Shown here: piece by piece, positions 20,011-29,480 of the stretch
Layout of the letters: each line of letters begins with the position of its first letter
Position numbering within the stretch: the first letter of the stretch is position 1
IMG/VR virus record: IMGVR_UViG_3300044631_000812
Span: 1,114 to 65,113 of that record
Reading direction: 5' to 3' (one strand)
Length of the DNA: 64,000 nt
Source: a virus
Taxonomy: Duplodnaviria > Caudoviricetes
Notes under the pieces: model-generated
Databases searched by the model: none
What the model was told of the DNA's origin: nothing
The model's input: only the letters and a program-made list of their open reading frames with translations
Position numbers and translations under genes: made by a program

Positions 20011-21152
20011 GGCATAACAACCTTACGATTAGAATCAAGGTCGATCTGGAAGAACACAAATCCTGATCGGCCTTTCTTAAAGTTGGTCTGAACCCACTCT
20101 GAACTTGGTGAGAATGCCGGGAAGTTGAAGTAGTCAAACTCATCAGACGAGCTGTAGTCAAACAGCATCTGGTGTGAATCACCCTTACTAAACTCAACAT
20201 ATTCGCATGACCTTATGTCTTGGGCGTGTCTAATGTACTGAGATATTTTCTCAACACTTCTTGGATCAAGCTGGACCTTGAAGCCAAACTTAAGGTTGCG
20301 AGAGTCCTTGCCATGGCTGATGATAAACCCATGTTTTCCAATTATATAGTGGTTTATAAAACGCTTGTGGTTGACGACGTGAACGTTGCTGTACTTGCGA
20401 TCAACGACATGCTTAAATGCTGAGTTGACAATGTATCCGAAGGCACCTGAGTGATTGTCCTCACATATGTTATTGCACATGATGTTCTTATACTGTGGTG
20501 CTAAATAGTCAATCAACAACACTTTGGCTTTGAGTCCTGACTCGAACGCCTCTTCGTTTGTCATGTTTTGTGGTAGCTTATGACCCTTACGAGTTGTCTC
20601 ACCATCCCAACCATCCATAAAGTCTCCCAGATCGTCTATAACAAGGCTATCTGACGACTTATTGGCCAATACGAACTCTGCCATCTCCTTGACTCTTTTA
20701 ATGAGCTCAGACTCGTTCCAATCAGCGGCATACAATGCCAATCCTTTACGGCTAGCATCCATGCCTACGTGGACGTCAGTCCATACCAATCGATCGACTG
20801 TCTTTCCTGGCTTCCAGTCGCCCTTAGGAACTGGCAACTTACCGTCAAGGCATTTTGATATAATTGACTCGTAGTCAATCTCGTCAACTCGATAGGCCGG
20901 ATTCTTTATAAACAGAGATGCCTGCTTAGTCTTCAGCCAAAGGTATGGGACGTTTGATGGGGCAACCTGAATGTCGTCACATGCGTCTTTTACACCCTGA
21001 TTGTTGTGCCTAGACACAGCGCGAGACACATATACCCTCATGGTATCTGTGTTGGTTGTAAGATTGTTTTCTGAGATCAGTTGTCTAGCTATATCAGCCT
21101 TTGTCATTCCCGAGTTTAATAGCTCGAGAATTCTGTCCATGTACTGTTTCAT
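19992..21152 (-). CDS. Calcineurin-like metallophosphoesterase with N-terminal HTH
   Basis: Motifs TDVHVG, LGDFMDG, DNHS, SHG and GDSH. Confidence 0.75.
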   Translation of the reverse strand: MKQYMDRILELLNSGMTKADIARQLISENNLTTNTDTMRVYVSRAVSRHNNQGVKDACDDIQVAPSNVPYLWLKTKQASLFIKNPAYRVDEIDYESIISKCLDGKLPVPKGDWKPGKTVDRLVWTDVHVGMDASRKGLALYAADWNESELIKRVKEMAEFVLANKSSDSLVIDDLGDFMDGWDGETTRKGHKLPQNMTNEEAFESGLKAKVLLIDYLAPQYKNIMCNNICEDNHSGAFGYIVNSAFKHVVDRKYSNVHVVNHKRFINHYIIGKHGFIISHGKDSRNLKFGFKVQLDPRSVEKISQYIRHAQDIRSCEYVEFSKGDSHQMLFDYSSSDEFDYFNFPAFSPSSEWVQTNFKKGRSGFVFFQIDLDSNRKVVMPYFFNS

Positions 21153-21309
21153 CGTAATGGGATTTATGTAGATCCCGAAGGACCATGATTAGATTTTGAA
21201 TAGTAGGGATTAGAGCGTCGTAGTCTTCGTCCATGAGGTGCTCATAGATGCTGTCAGTAAGCTCGTTTATCTCAAGCATCACTGAGTTTACGTAATTCAC
21301 GTTTTGCAT
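21094..21309 (-). CDS. Hypothetical protein
   Basis: 71-aa helical acidic ORF in the operon. Confidence 0.55.
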   Translation of the reverse strand: MQNVNYVNSVMLEINELTDSIYEHLMDEDYDALIPTIQNLIMVLRDLHKSHYDETVHGQNSRAIKLGNDKG

Positions 21310-21368
21310 TTCGAATGCTAATGTACAAATAAATTAGACAATATACAGAATTGTTAATAAATAATTAT

Positions 21369-21845
21369 TTATAAATTTTTCAATGCATCTTGATAAGCTA
21401 TATGAGCATCGTGCTCATTAACAAAATATCCTAGATGCTTATTTCTACCATTAATGTATATTTGAGATTTCCATTTTGAATAGACCTTAGACCAAAATAC
21501 TCCCTTGTATTGACTTGAATACTTTCCTTGTGTTTTATATACATTAGATCTTTGACTTACAATATGTAAGTTATTTACTCTATTGTCCGATTTGTCATTA
21601 TTTATATGATCTATAACTAATTTCATGCCATTTGGCTGGTGATTTAAAAATGCCATAGCTACCAATTGATGCGCTAAAAAAGTTTTTGGTTTTCCTTTTT
21701 GACAAAGTCTAATAACAAGATATCCCCTAGCATCACTATTTAATTTTAAAATCCTCTCCTTGTTGAATTTTAAACTCTTTACCCTGCCTAAATTACTAAC
21801 CTTATACACACCATTATACCCTGGTATATCTTTCCAAACTTCCAT
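21369..21845 (-). CDS. NUMOD4-HNH homing endonuclease with AP2-like C-terminus
   Basis: EVWKDIPGY.G.YKVSNLGRVKS (NUMOD4), IDHINNDKSDNRVNNL (HNH), YKGV.W...W.SQI..HLGYF. Confidence 0.9.
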   Translation of the reverse strand: MEVWKDIPGYNGVYKVSNLGRVKSLKFNKERILKLNSDARGYLVIRLCQKGKPKTFLAHQLVAMAFLNHQPNGMKLVIDHINNDKSDNRVNNLHIVSQRSNVYKTQGKYSSQYKGVFWSKVYSKWKSQIYINGRNKHLGYFVNEHDAHIAYQDALKNL

Positions 21846-21850
21846 AAAAT

Positions 21851-21945
21851 AAAAAAGCCTTAACGCTTTCGAGGTTGCGGACTCTACTAACGTTAAGGTC
21901 TTTAAAATGTTTTACATGTAGCCGCAACTCTACAATACAAATATA
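21851..21945 (-). promoter_or_regulatory. Promoter plus structured 5' leader (two hairpins with complementary loops)
   Basis: TATATTTG at 21945-21938; stems 21917-21921/21930-21934 and 21858-21865/21891-21898; loops CCGCAAC and GTTGCGG. Confidence 0.55.
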
Positions 21946-21951
21946 TAAAAT

Positions 21952-22194
21952 TTATGCATTGTAGTTAAACGTAGACAAATAATTTATTAATTCCACTTGG
22001 TAAGTTATCCGATATTTACTAATGTTTTCTTGCTTTATGTTCTTAGCTATAAAATAATCACTAACAACAGACCCATCTTCCTTCACACCGACTGGCCATT
22101 TTTCTAGTACTTTATTTATTGGGTAAAGCCTAGTTCCTTTCTTGAGTGGGATTGCTTTAATTGTTATGTTGGCTACGTATACTCCTGGTTTCAT
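21952..22194 (-). CDS. Hypothetical protein
   Basis: 80-aa ORF in a coupled operon. Confidence 0.55.
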   Translation of the reverse strand: MKPGVYVANITIKAIPLKKGTRLYPINKVLEKWPVGVKEDGSVVSDYFIAKNIKQENISKYRITYQVELINYLSTFNYNA

Positions 22195-22451
22195 AGGTCG
22201 CTAAATTTTAATCCGTAGTTTAATGCAAACCAAGACATCTGCTTTTCTGCTGCAAGCTTTTTCATCCTTAAATTTTTCTTGATGTAGTCGGTACCCCATG
22301 ACTTCCACTGCTCATACTGCTCCATGGTCATCGTCCAATCAGTATACCAAGCATCTTCTCGGCCCTTGATGTCAGTATACTTCACATCGTGACCTGCAAT
22401 CTCAAACATCTTGTTGATAAGGCCTTCAAGTATCTGTTCTTCTTTCGTCAT
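22191..22451 (-). CDS. Hypothetical protein
   Basis: 86-aa Trp-rich ORF with ATGA overlap. Confidence 0.6.
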   Translation of the reverse strand: MTKEEQILEGLINKMFEIAGHDVKYTDIKGREDAWYTDWTMTMEQYEQWKSWGTDYIKKNLRMKKLAAEKQMSWFALNYGLKFSDL

Positions 22452-22476
22452 TTCTATTTAATTTATGTGGCAAAAA

Positions 22477-22716
22477 TTACCCCTTATACTTTCTAATGAT
22501 GTCAAAAGTTCGGTTTAAATCCGAATCTAGATGTGGCTTTTCTCCGAGTGTAACAGGCCACCAAGCAATGGTGTATCCGTAGTCAGAGGTATAATCCTCA
22601 GGTCTTACCCTATTTCCGTTTACCTTCTCAAGGTATATCCAAGGAATATTACCAACAAGCTCCAACTTGATGCCAATCTTCTTCATTCGGTTTACAAATA
22701 TCTCTATATCGTTCAT
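22477..22716 (-). CDS. Hypothetical protein
   Basis: 79-aa ORF (ELVGNIPWIYLEKVNG). Confidence 0.6.
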   Translation of the reverse strand: MNDIEIFVNRMKKIGIKLELVGNIPWIYLEKVNGNRVRPEDYTSDYGYTIAWWPVTLGEKPHLDSDLNRTFDIIRKYKG

Positions 22717-22717
22717 C

Positions 22718-23251
22718 TTATTCTAATTTATTTAGTTCGTCTTCGCAATTTGTACCATTTTCTGGTATATTTTGCTGAGTGCAACTATCGCAATACAAAT
22801 CATCAGTCAATCCAACTGATATAATTACGCTGCACTTGTGGCATAGTGTAGCACCTCTGCCATTGTTTAATTTATGAATTGGTTTACGATACTCAATCTC
22901 CTTGCGGATTAAGTCCATGTGCCAATCTGCACCACCGTAGTCTAAGCAGGCCTCCAAGTGGTCGTCCTCCATGTCGCATAGTGGTATCCAAGTAAGCGGC
23001 TGCTTGCCATCCACACCGCGACTCCCTCTCGTTGCGTACTTACGCACTGTCTCGTAGTCATCGTCAGCGTAGACTGCAAAGAGCTTAATCTTTCCCATGT
23101 GCTTGGCTCCGTATCTGAGATAGGCCGTGCCACCATCCACCATGGCCCCGTTAGGGCACTCACACGTCTTGTAGTCGTGGCGATGATAACTAACGATGGT
23201 CTTGTTGCACTCTAGGCAGGTCACTGCATTGTAAACTATTTGTTTGTCCAT
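22718..23251 (-). CDS. Zinc-ribbon protein
   Basis: CLEC..SYHRHD..CEC..MVDGG plus C-terminal CHKC..CDSC. Confidence 0.6.
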   Translation of the reverse strand: MDKQIVYNAVTCLECNKTIVSYHRHDYKTCECPNGAMVDGGTAYLRYGAKHMGKIKLFAVYADDDYETVRKYATRGSRGVDGKQPLTWIPLCDMEDDHLEACLDYGGADWHMDLIRKEIEYRKPIHKLNNGRGATLCHKCSVIISVGLTDDLYCDSCTQQNIPENGTNCEDELNKLE

Positions 23252-23347
23252 AATGTGTTATTTAAGGTACTTAATGATGGCTTTTGGCGACTTATATGAC
23301 AAGTTAAAAGAGGGGAGGCCTGACTTAGTTTAAAATATTTATTAATA

Positions 23348-23536
23348 CTAAACTCCCCTCTTAAAATCTAAATAGAATCCTATCGCTACAATGATGTTCA
23401 TGCCGACAGACATGAGGATCTCATGTATGTCCTTATATACATTCAAGCTCAAATGCACATGCCCAACCACCCAAAAAGGAATGGCTAAATTTTGGCTTAT
23501 CCAGATGATTGTGAACTTTATAAATCTTCCAACCAT
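23348..23536 (-). CDS. Small membrane protein
   Basis: 62 aa with two hydrophobic segments. Confidence 0.5.
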   Translation of the reverse strand: MVGRFIKFTIIWISQNLAIPFWVVGHVHLSLNVYKDIHEILMSVGMNIIVAIGFYLDFKRGV

Positions 23537-23796
23537 TGTCTAAAGTGGTTACCCATGTTGACAAGTTCATGGTAAAATTCATGCACATCCTTATCATGTT
23601 CATGATCCATCTTTTTGTACAAATGGTTGATTGACTTTTCAACAGCCTCAATGAAATCATTGCCCGACTTCTTTATTCTCTTGTCATATACGTGTGGATA
23701 ATTGTCTCTGATGTCCTCCATGAAGTCCATCATGACTGGTAATACACCAATGACAGCAGCTAATTTCTTTTCATTCGATATCATAATACTCACCAT
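23518..23796 (-). CDS. Hypothetical protein
   Basis: 92-aa ORF in the operon. Confidence 0.5.
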   Translation of the reverse strand: MVSIMISNEKKLAAVIGVLPVMMDFMEDIRDNYPHVYDKRIKKSGNDFIEAVEKSINHLYKKMDHEHDKDVHEFYHELVNMGNHFRQWLEDL

Positions 23797-24028
23797 TATA
23801 CCAGGTAGCCGATACTCCGTGGTTTTTTAGCTCCTTAATTCTATAAACCTGCAGAGCTCTCGGCTTGTGTCCTGGACGTTTCACTTCTATAAATTTAACA
23901 TCTGAGTTTTTTGGTATGGCTATTAAGTCAGGTATACCCGGCTTATTGGTAACCGACAGTTTAAGCACATAAAAGCCCTCACTCTCCAACTTTTTGATCA
24001 GTTTCGACTGTATTTGCTGCTCGGTCAC
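23771..24028 (-). CDS. VRR-NUC domain nuclease
   Basis: TEQQIQ..GIPDLIAI..FIEVK PD-(D/E)XK motif; likely GTG start at 24028, just after TACATTTG (24039-24032). Confidence 0.85.
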   Translation of the reverse strand: MTEQQIQSKLIKKLESEGFYVLKLSVTNKPGIPDLIAIPKNSDVKFIEVKRPGHKPRALQVYRIKELKNHGVSATWYNGEYYDIE

Positions 24029-24443
24029 CCACAAATGTAGAGTTTTTTTCGTAAAAACCCATCTTTACGCGCCTTTGAATTCTTTTAAATGTGCTATAAT
24101 TTTTAGCTTCTAATAGATCTTCCTTTAAATCGTAGTATCGATCACGCTTAAACGGAGCACTGATCCATGCAAATTCAAGGCCTTCTAAATCAGCTTGAAT
24201 ACAAGCTGTTTCTGATACATAGTCTGCATCACGATAGCTTAGCATGTCTTTATGAACCCTAAGTCCATTCAGAACTGTTGCATGATTTTTTCCAAATATC
24301 TCACCTATCATGCTAAGGCTTAGGCCATAAATTCTTAATTCATTAAAAATAAAGTACCTCTTAAATAGTACGTCTCTTCTCCTGGTGTTCTCTTTTAGTG
24401 AGTACTTCTCTATCAATTCATTTATCTTCTCTAGTCTGCTCAT
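23979..24443 (-). CDS. DnaA domain IV-like HTH DNA-binding protein
   Basis: LSLSMIGEIFGKNHATVLNG signature. Confidence 0.65.
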   Translation of the reverse strand: MSRLEKINELIEKYSLKENTRRRDVLFKRYFIFNELRIYGLSLSMIGEIFGKNHATVLNGLRVHKDMLSYRDADYVSETACIQADLEGLEFAWISAPFKRDRYYDLKEDLLEAKNYSTFKRIQRRVKMGFYEKNSTFVGDRAANTVETDQKVGE

Positions 24444-25527
24444 AATCCTTCTTAAAAATATTTAATGTGTAGCTTTTCTTACTTTTCACTGCCTTGTAGA
24501 TCTTATCTTCTATACCACCTGCGCTGAATATCCAGTAGACTTTATTGAACTTCCGCTCCATTGTAGTCATCCTATCTTTTGCCTGAAAGTAACTCGTGGC
24601 GCTAAAGTCAATATTGTAGAACACCACGTAGTCAGCATTTTTTAAGGATATACCCTCACGACCGGATACAATCTGTAAGGCTATAACCTTATATTGACCG
24701 GTATCAAAGTCTTCTAACTTCTCGGTCAAGTCCTTACCAAAGACATCCTTAAGTGCGCTCAGTTCTTCTTTAAACTTGTAGAACACGCCTATTTTTGATG
24801 TCGCAAATTGCGACTTTATAAACTCAGCCTTAGTGGTGTCAATCGTCATGCTGTTACCGCTCTCAAACTTCACCGTGCCACTCCACAATTGATGGAGCTT
24901 CTGCATCAACTTAACTGGCGTGTCGCCAAGTATCACCTCGTCCTTCCCCTCAACAACCAAGTCGCGCTCTAACTTCTTCACAATCATCTTTGTCTTCTCC
25001 GACATGTCGACATAAAGAACTTCCTCCTCGATTGACGTCTCAAAGCCTGCCTGTGACTGCGTGAAGCTGATCATCAAGTGAGCCACATTTTTCATGATCT
25101 TGAGCTCCATTCCACTTGAGTAGTCAGTAACCTTAAATCCATTGATTACCCGGTCGAACTTATTGACGTAGTCATCGGCCCATCTGTAGAAGTTCTTGTA
25201 CTCTTTGAATGGCGAATAATCGCTCACCCAGAACTGATGATACATCTGACTGTATGACTCTGGGCATGGTGTACCCGATAAGAAGATCATTGGCAAATGA
25301 CTATACATCTTCTTGTACATCTTGGTGTGCAAACCTGGCTTAGGAAAGGCACCACAATTATGGACTAATATACCGTTTGCTAAGTAATTATGATTGCCAT
25401 CAACTTCTATATCATAGACATAACCATCTGGACACAATTCTCTAATTCTTTCTGTATCTGAGAGTTTGTAAATCTCAATACTTTCCACCCTTTCAAAGCT
25501 AACAGTTTGTTCTTTCTTTCGTCGCAT
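24418..25527 (-). CDS. Split intein C-fragment (57 aa) fused to the C-terminal part of an SF2/SNF2-like helicase
   Basis: VYDIEVDGNHNYLANGILVHN/C (intein blocks F/G) followed by FLSGTP, LMQKLHQL, SGREGISL and QAKDR helicase motifs. Confidence 0.85.
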   Translation of the reverse strand: MRRKKEQTVSFERVESIEIYKLSDTERIRELCPDGYVYDIEVDGNHNYLANGILVHNCGAFPKPGLHTKMYKKMYSHLPMIFLSGTPCPESYSQMYHQFWVSDYSPFKEYKNFYRWADDYVNKFDRVINGFKVTDYSSGMELKIMKNVAHLMISFTQSQAGFETSIEEEVLYVDMSEKTKMIVKKLERDLVVEGKDEVILGDTPVKLMQKLHQLWSGTVKFESGNSMTIDTTKAEFIKSQFATSKIGVFYKFKEELSALKDVFGKDLTEKLEDFDTGQYKVIALQIVSGREGISLKNADYVVFYNIDFSATSYFQAKDRMTTMERKFNKVYWIFSAGGIEDKIYKAVKSKKSYTLNIFKKDYEQTREDK

Positions 25528-26084
25528 TCTTTTACTTTTAATGAGTTATGACTAATCCCATCCACTTCTATTGCAATCATGTGATATTTTGATGCAATGT
25601 CAATTTTATAGTGCCTTGGAGATTTAAATTGTTTTGCTAAGTGGCCTGTCTTCTCTATATACTCCATTGAAAATGAAGAATCTAATTCAGATATCTTATT
25701 ATATAGCATTAACTGATGGACAGTCGCACCACGCCCATTGCCACCCTGAATAGCAGGCTTATGGTTAATCTCCTTTTGCCTTTCAGACGCTTTTAGCCTA
25801 TGTTCTTCATAGAACATTGGATTATTCTTTTTCATTCTTTCTGAAGATAACTTTCCTTGGCAAGAAATTGAACAAACCTTACCTTTAGAAAACGGTTGTC
25901 TTTGAAAATTAGATCCACATACAATGCACGTTGAATTTAATATTTTATGCATATTATCTTTAGATCCATATGAATGAATTAATTGAGAGCATTTTGCACT
26001 ACATCCATTTCCTTTTAATTTTCCAATTAAAAAATTATATACCTGACTATCTGTTAATTCTTTATCACACCACTTGCAATTCAT
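25407..26084 (-). CDS. Free-standing DUF559/Vsr-like homing endonuclease with N-terminal Cys repeats
   Basis: YKIDIA..IAIEVDG.SH..DERKN..L..KGWKVLRF.N; CxxC/CS..C motifs; probable start ATG 26084. Confidence 0.8.
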   Translation of the reverse strand: MNCKWCDKELTDSQVYNFLIGKLKGNGCSAKCSQLIHSYGSKDNMHKILNSTCIVCGSNFQRQPFSKGKVCSISCQGKLSSERMKKNNPMFYEEHRLKASERQKEINHKPAIQGGNGRGATVHQLMLYNKISELDSSFSMEYIEKTGHLAKQFKSPRHYKIDIASKYHMIAIEVDGISHNSLKVKECDERKNKLLALKGWKVLRFTNSQIQKELENCVQMVMSMI

Positions 26085-26637
26085 CTGTGGGTAATATTTC
26101 TCTAGCTTTAACCCATCCACGCTTTGTAAATATTTCGTGGTTTTCGGTGCATATGATTTCTTTTCCATTACATCTTATTTTAACTAAACCTTCTGTTAAT
26201 TTATTTTTGAATACATTTTTAACTTGTTTGTATTCATAACATTTTTTTTCAAAGTTAAAACTTTTTTTAAAATCTCCAACATTTATGTTCTTTATCTCAA
26301 CTCCATCGATTAGTGTGTTTCCTAAAAAACACCTATGATGTTCATCATGTATCACCAAATCATAGTCATTGGATGGTAGTTTATGCATTGACTCATCGTT
26401 AATGACATCAATATAGAATGTGTAACCAAACTCCTTATAGTCCTCAAGAACTGAACCGATAGCCTTCTTCTTTGTAAGAAACAACACTCTCTTAGCGCCA
26501 AACCTGTTAGCTACCTCCATCGAAGTGCTTGATTTTCCGGTTCTTACGGCCATAGCTAAATACAAGATGTTATGCTTCTTTAGGATATTCAATCCCTTTG
26601 CAGCTATATCAATCTGATAGCTTCTTAGACTCTTCAT
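26065..26637 (-). CDS. N-terminal part of SF2 helicase fused to split intein N-fragment (88 aa)
   Basis: LRSYQ, RTGKS, VIHDEHHR, then CFLGNT (block A) and ICTENHEIFT (block B), then stop. Confidence 0.85.
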   Translation of the reverse strand: MKSLRSYQIDIAAKGLNILKKHNILYLAMAVRTGKSSTSMEVANRFGAKRVLFLTKKKAIGSVLEDYKEFGYTFYIDVINDESMHKLPSNDYDLVIHDEHHRCFLGNTLIDGVEIKNINVGDFKKSFNFEKKCYEYKQVKNVFKNKLTEGLVKIRCNGKEIICTENHEIFTKRGWVKAREILPTDELQVV

Positions 26638-26902
26638 ACTTTAGTTTTTTGATTGCTTGAGTTAACTCTTCAGTTAACTCAACTGAATTCCTTACCGATG
26701 ACAGCTCACGACGTAATGCCATGACAGCATAGTATGGGTCATAATATGGCTTACTAGTACCACCTTCAAGAAACCTAATGGCAGCTATATAAGACTGCAT
26801 CATTTCAGATAGCTCACTCTCTACCTTCTTACCTCTCGGCTTATCAGCTATCTCTACTATGGCTTCGAAACGCTTCTTTAAGATTATTTGTGCTAGATTC
26901 AT
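26609..26902 (-). CDS. Hypothetical protein
   Basis: 97-aa ORF in a coupled operon. Confidence 0.55.
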   Translation of the reverse strand: MNLAQIILKKRFEAIVEIADKPRGKKVESELSEMMQSYIAAIRFLEGGTSKPYYDPYYAVMALRRELSSVRNSVELTEELTQAIKKLKYEESKKLSD

Positions 26903-27153
26903 ACCATGTACATATCATCGCACCATATAGGAGTCTGCTCACCTACATAGCTACCGCGAATATTATACTCAAAGTGCTCAAGCGCATCTTCCAACGACAT
27001 CTCATCCTCAGTAATCAATGTCTCAATGACTAGCTTTACTGAATAGATTAGGCGCATTGGATCACCTATCTCAACGCCAATCACAGCGTCATCAAACCCA
27101 TCAGCCTTTAAGAAGGTCTCATCCGGGTAGCATTCTAAAATTTCTTCTAACAT
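26899..27153 (-). CDS. Conserved-looking small phage protein
   Basis: ADGFDDAVIG...EDALEHFEYNIRGSYVGEQTP pattern recalled from aquatic phages. Confidence 0.65.
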   Translation of the reverse strand: MLEEILECYPDETFLKADGFDDAVIGVEIGDPMRLIYSVKLVIETLITEDEMSLEDALEHFEYNIRGSYVGEQTPIWCDDMYMV

Positions 27154-29480
27154 AACTTTGTTTGTTTTGGATGTTTAACAATAAAATGAATCTCCTTGCC
27201 GTTCATGCCCTTGTATGCCCTTGGCTTCTGACCGAACGCATACTCACCATACGCATCAAGCCAATGGTAGAACTTAGCGTTTGATAGCTTATATCTACCA
27301 TAGCGGTCGTAGTCTGGGTAGTCAGAAATAAATCTATTGAGCATGTCCTGACCTACTGTCTTTGCGTTTGGCTTGGTGTCCATGTTATCTCTAGCTGTAG
27401 CCCATTCCCAAAACTCAGGAGATGTCTCAGCGATCAACTTGCGGACCTTTAAGTTCTTAAATTCAGTCTCAACCAATCCCTTCTTCAGATACAACTGAAG
27501 GTTTCGGATCATGTAGTTATCGAACTTCACCCACTCACTATCGTCCCAACCGCTGTATAGCATGTGACCAAAATCATCCTCAGGAGTCCTTTCTTTGGTA
27601 TAGTACTGTCTGAACTCAAGGTCCCACTTACGTCTCTCAAATGAGTTACCTGCACCCTTGATGGCGTAGTTTGTGGTGATGAATATCTTTGGCGATCGCT
27701 CAAAAGGAATATGAATCTCATCCTTATTCTTCTTCTCTAAAGTAATACCCTCGGTGATCACTGAGAATAAGTTCTCAAAGGCAAACCCCTTAGATACGTC
27801 ATCAAAGACCAACACCTGGGTGTCAACCTGTACACGTTGGTATGGGAATGACTTCTGGAAACTGAACCCCTTGCCGTCAATCTTCACCATCTTTTTCATG
27901 TGGTTGATTGAGTTGACAAATATACCCTTACCAGTACCACCCTCAGGATTTGAGCTGATGACCTCATCGTTTAGAATGACAGCCGGACAATAGCTCGCTG
28001 GCTTATGACTATGCATCATGTAACCAAGCGTTGACTCCATCGATCGCTTGCGAGAGTCGTCGTCGCCTGAGATGTTCCTAACAAAGGTCTCAAACTCGTT
28101 TTCACCAATATCATTGGTGAATACAAAATCACGATTGATACGCTGCATTTCCCATACATGGCCACCTAAGTCCTTGTAGTCTATTACGTTAACGCCATCC
28201 TTAGTTATCTGCACAGCGCAGTTTAAGTAGTATAAGTAAGCGCTGTCTATGGTATCCTCCTTGAACACAGCGTCGATCTTAGGGACAAAGTTTAAGAAGG
28301 TCTCTTGAAAGAACTTGGTATTCATGGCGAAATAGTTGTATACCATCATATCATCAATGTCCATCAGATAGTCCAGCACAAAGTCCTTGATCATGTCGTC
28401 AGTCACATCGCTCATCAAGTTGTCAAGCACCTTAACAAACACAAACGTCCTTGATCCAGGTGGGTAGTACTTGAAGAAGCCGTTGTTATTTAGAAACAAT
28501 CTAAATAAGTGTGGTACCAACTCAACCTTTCCCTTACTTGACTTAGTCCAGAACTCAGTGATCTTAGGCAGCTCCTCGATCTGGTACTTCTCAGCGACCT
28601 CTTCTGCAGGAACACCTCTCTTCAGTTCGTTCTTTACGTTCTCAAACTCGTCGTAAAACTTGGTGCCAAACGTCGACATGTCCTTGTATGCGCTGTTCAC
28701 AATCGTCACTATCTCTGATGCCATCTCACCACCTTGGTCCTGATCGTTCATTATTGAATGGGCCATTGTCTTATCAATGCCATACTCCTTGAGCGATACG
28801 CCCAACACATATAGGTTATTGTTGCGCTGTCCTGGCACCATACCGTAGTTACGCCCCCACCAAACTAGCAGTCGTCTGGCTATCTCGTTGTAGTCGTTGA
28901 GCCGGATGGTTGTTGTTTGCACAGCTCTTGGATGTGTAACTTTTGGCTTAACCATGTCAGTAAACAACTCAGAGTCAGCGTTATAGTACAACTCAGGATC
29001 ATAGCTCTCATAGCATACACGGCTGAGGTTCTGACTTGTAGTGTCAAACTCCTTGCGGTTGTAGTATTTTTCTAGGCCCTTGAAGTATAGCTTATGGTTC
29101 TCAATGTCATTTGGTATCTTGACCAATACCTTTAGACCATCGCCTGATGGGGATAGGAAGACAGACAAGGTAAACTTATCGAGCATCAAATCAAACTTAA
29201 AATCCTCTAGCTCTTGATTACTATCAAATCCATCAAAGTCTAAGCAAATGATTCCGCTGTGCTCTATGCAGGCAGTGTCTGCACGCTTCTCAAACTTACC
29301 ACTAAAGCATATGGCTGGCAGTAATTTTTTATTTTCATTGCGCGCATCCTTTTGAGTAAGGGCTCTCACCTGCTCCACTATCTGCTGCGATTTGCCCTCT
29401 CTGATCCTCTGTAGCGCTGTCTCTATTGACACGTAGAACGGTTTGCTGGTGTTCGTCACCGTTTGAAAGTAGGTTATCAT
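27147..29480 (-). CDS. Primase-helicase (BT4734-like/VirE_N N-terminus, PriCT, P-loop C-terminus)
   Basis: LPAICFSG, CLDFD, SPSGDGLK, GQRNNNL, Walker A GGTGKG, FDD and ITTN. Confidence 0.8.
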   Translation of the reverse strand: MITYFQTVTNTSKPFYVSIETALQRIREGKSQQIVEQVRALTQKDARNENKKLLPAICFSGKFEKRADTACIEHSGIICLDFDGFDSNQELEDFKFDLMLDKFTLSVFLSPSGDGLKVLVKIPNDIENHKLYFKGLEKYYNRKEFDTTSQNLSRVCYESYDPELYYNADSELFTDMVKPKVTHPRAVQTTTIRLNDYNEIARRLLVWWGRNYGMVPGQRNNNLYVLGVSLKEYGIDKTMAHSIMNDQDQGGEMASEIVTIVNSAYKDMSTFGTKFYDEFENVKNELKRGVPAEEVAEKYQIEELPKITEFWTKSSKGKVELVPHLFRLFLNNNGFFKYYPPGSRTFVFVKVLDNLMSDVTDDMIKDFVLDYLMDIDDMMVYNYFAMNTKFFQETFLNFVPKIDAVFKEDTIDSAYLYYLNCAVQITKDGVNVIDYKDLGGHVWEMQRINRDFVFTNDIGENEFETFVRNISGDDDSRKRSMESTLGYMMHSHKPASYCPAVILNDEVISSNPEGGTGKGIFVNSINHMKKMVKIDGKGFSFQKSFPYQRVQVDTQVLVFDDVSKGFAFENLFSVITEGITLEKKNKDEIHIPFERSPKIFITTNYAIKGAGNSFERRKWDLEFRQYYTKERTPEDDFGHMLYSGWDDSEWVKFDNYMIRNLQLYLKKGLVETEFKNLKVRKLIAETSPEFWEWATARDNMDTKPNAKTVGQDMLNRFISDYPDYDRYGRYKLSNAKFYHWLDAYGEYAFGQKPRAYKGMNGKEIHFIVKHPKQTKLC

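Noticed and set aside
25357-26331. Group I intron interrupting the helicase
   Set aside because: The insert is fully explained by intein blocks A/B and F/G plus a nuclease ORF, leaving no room for an intron core.
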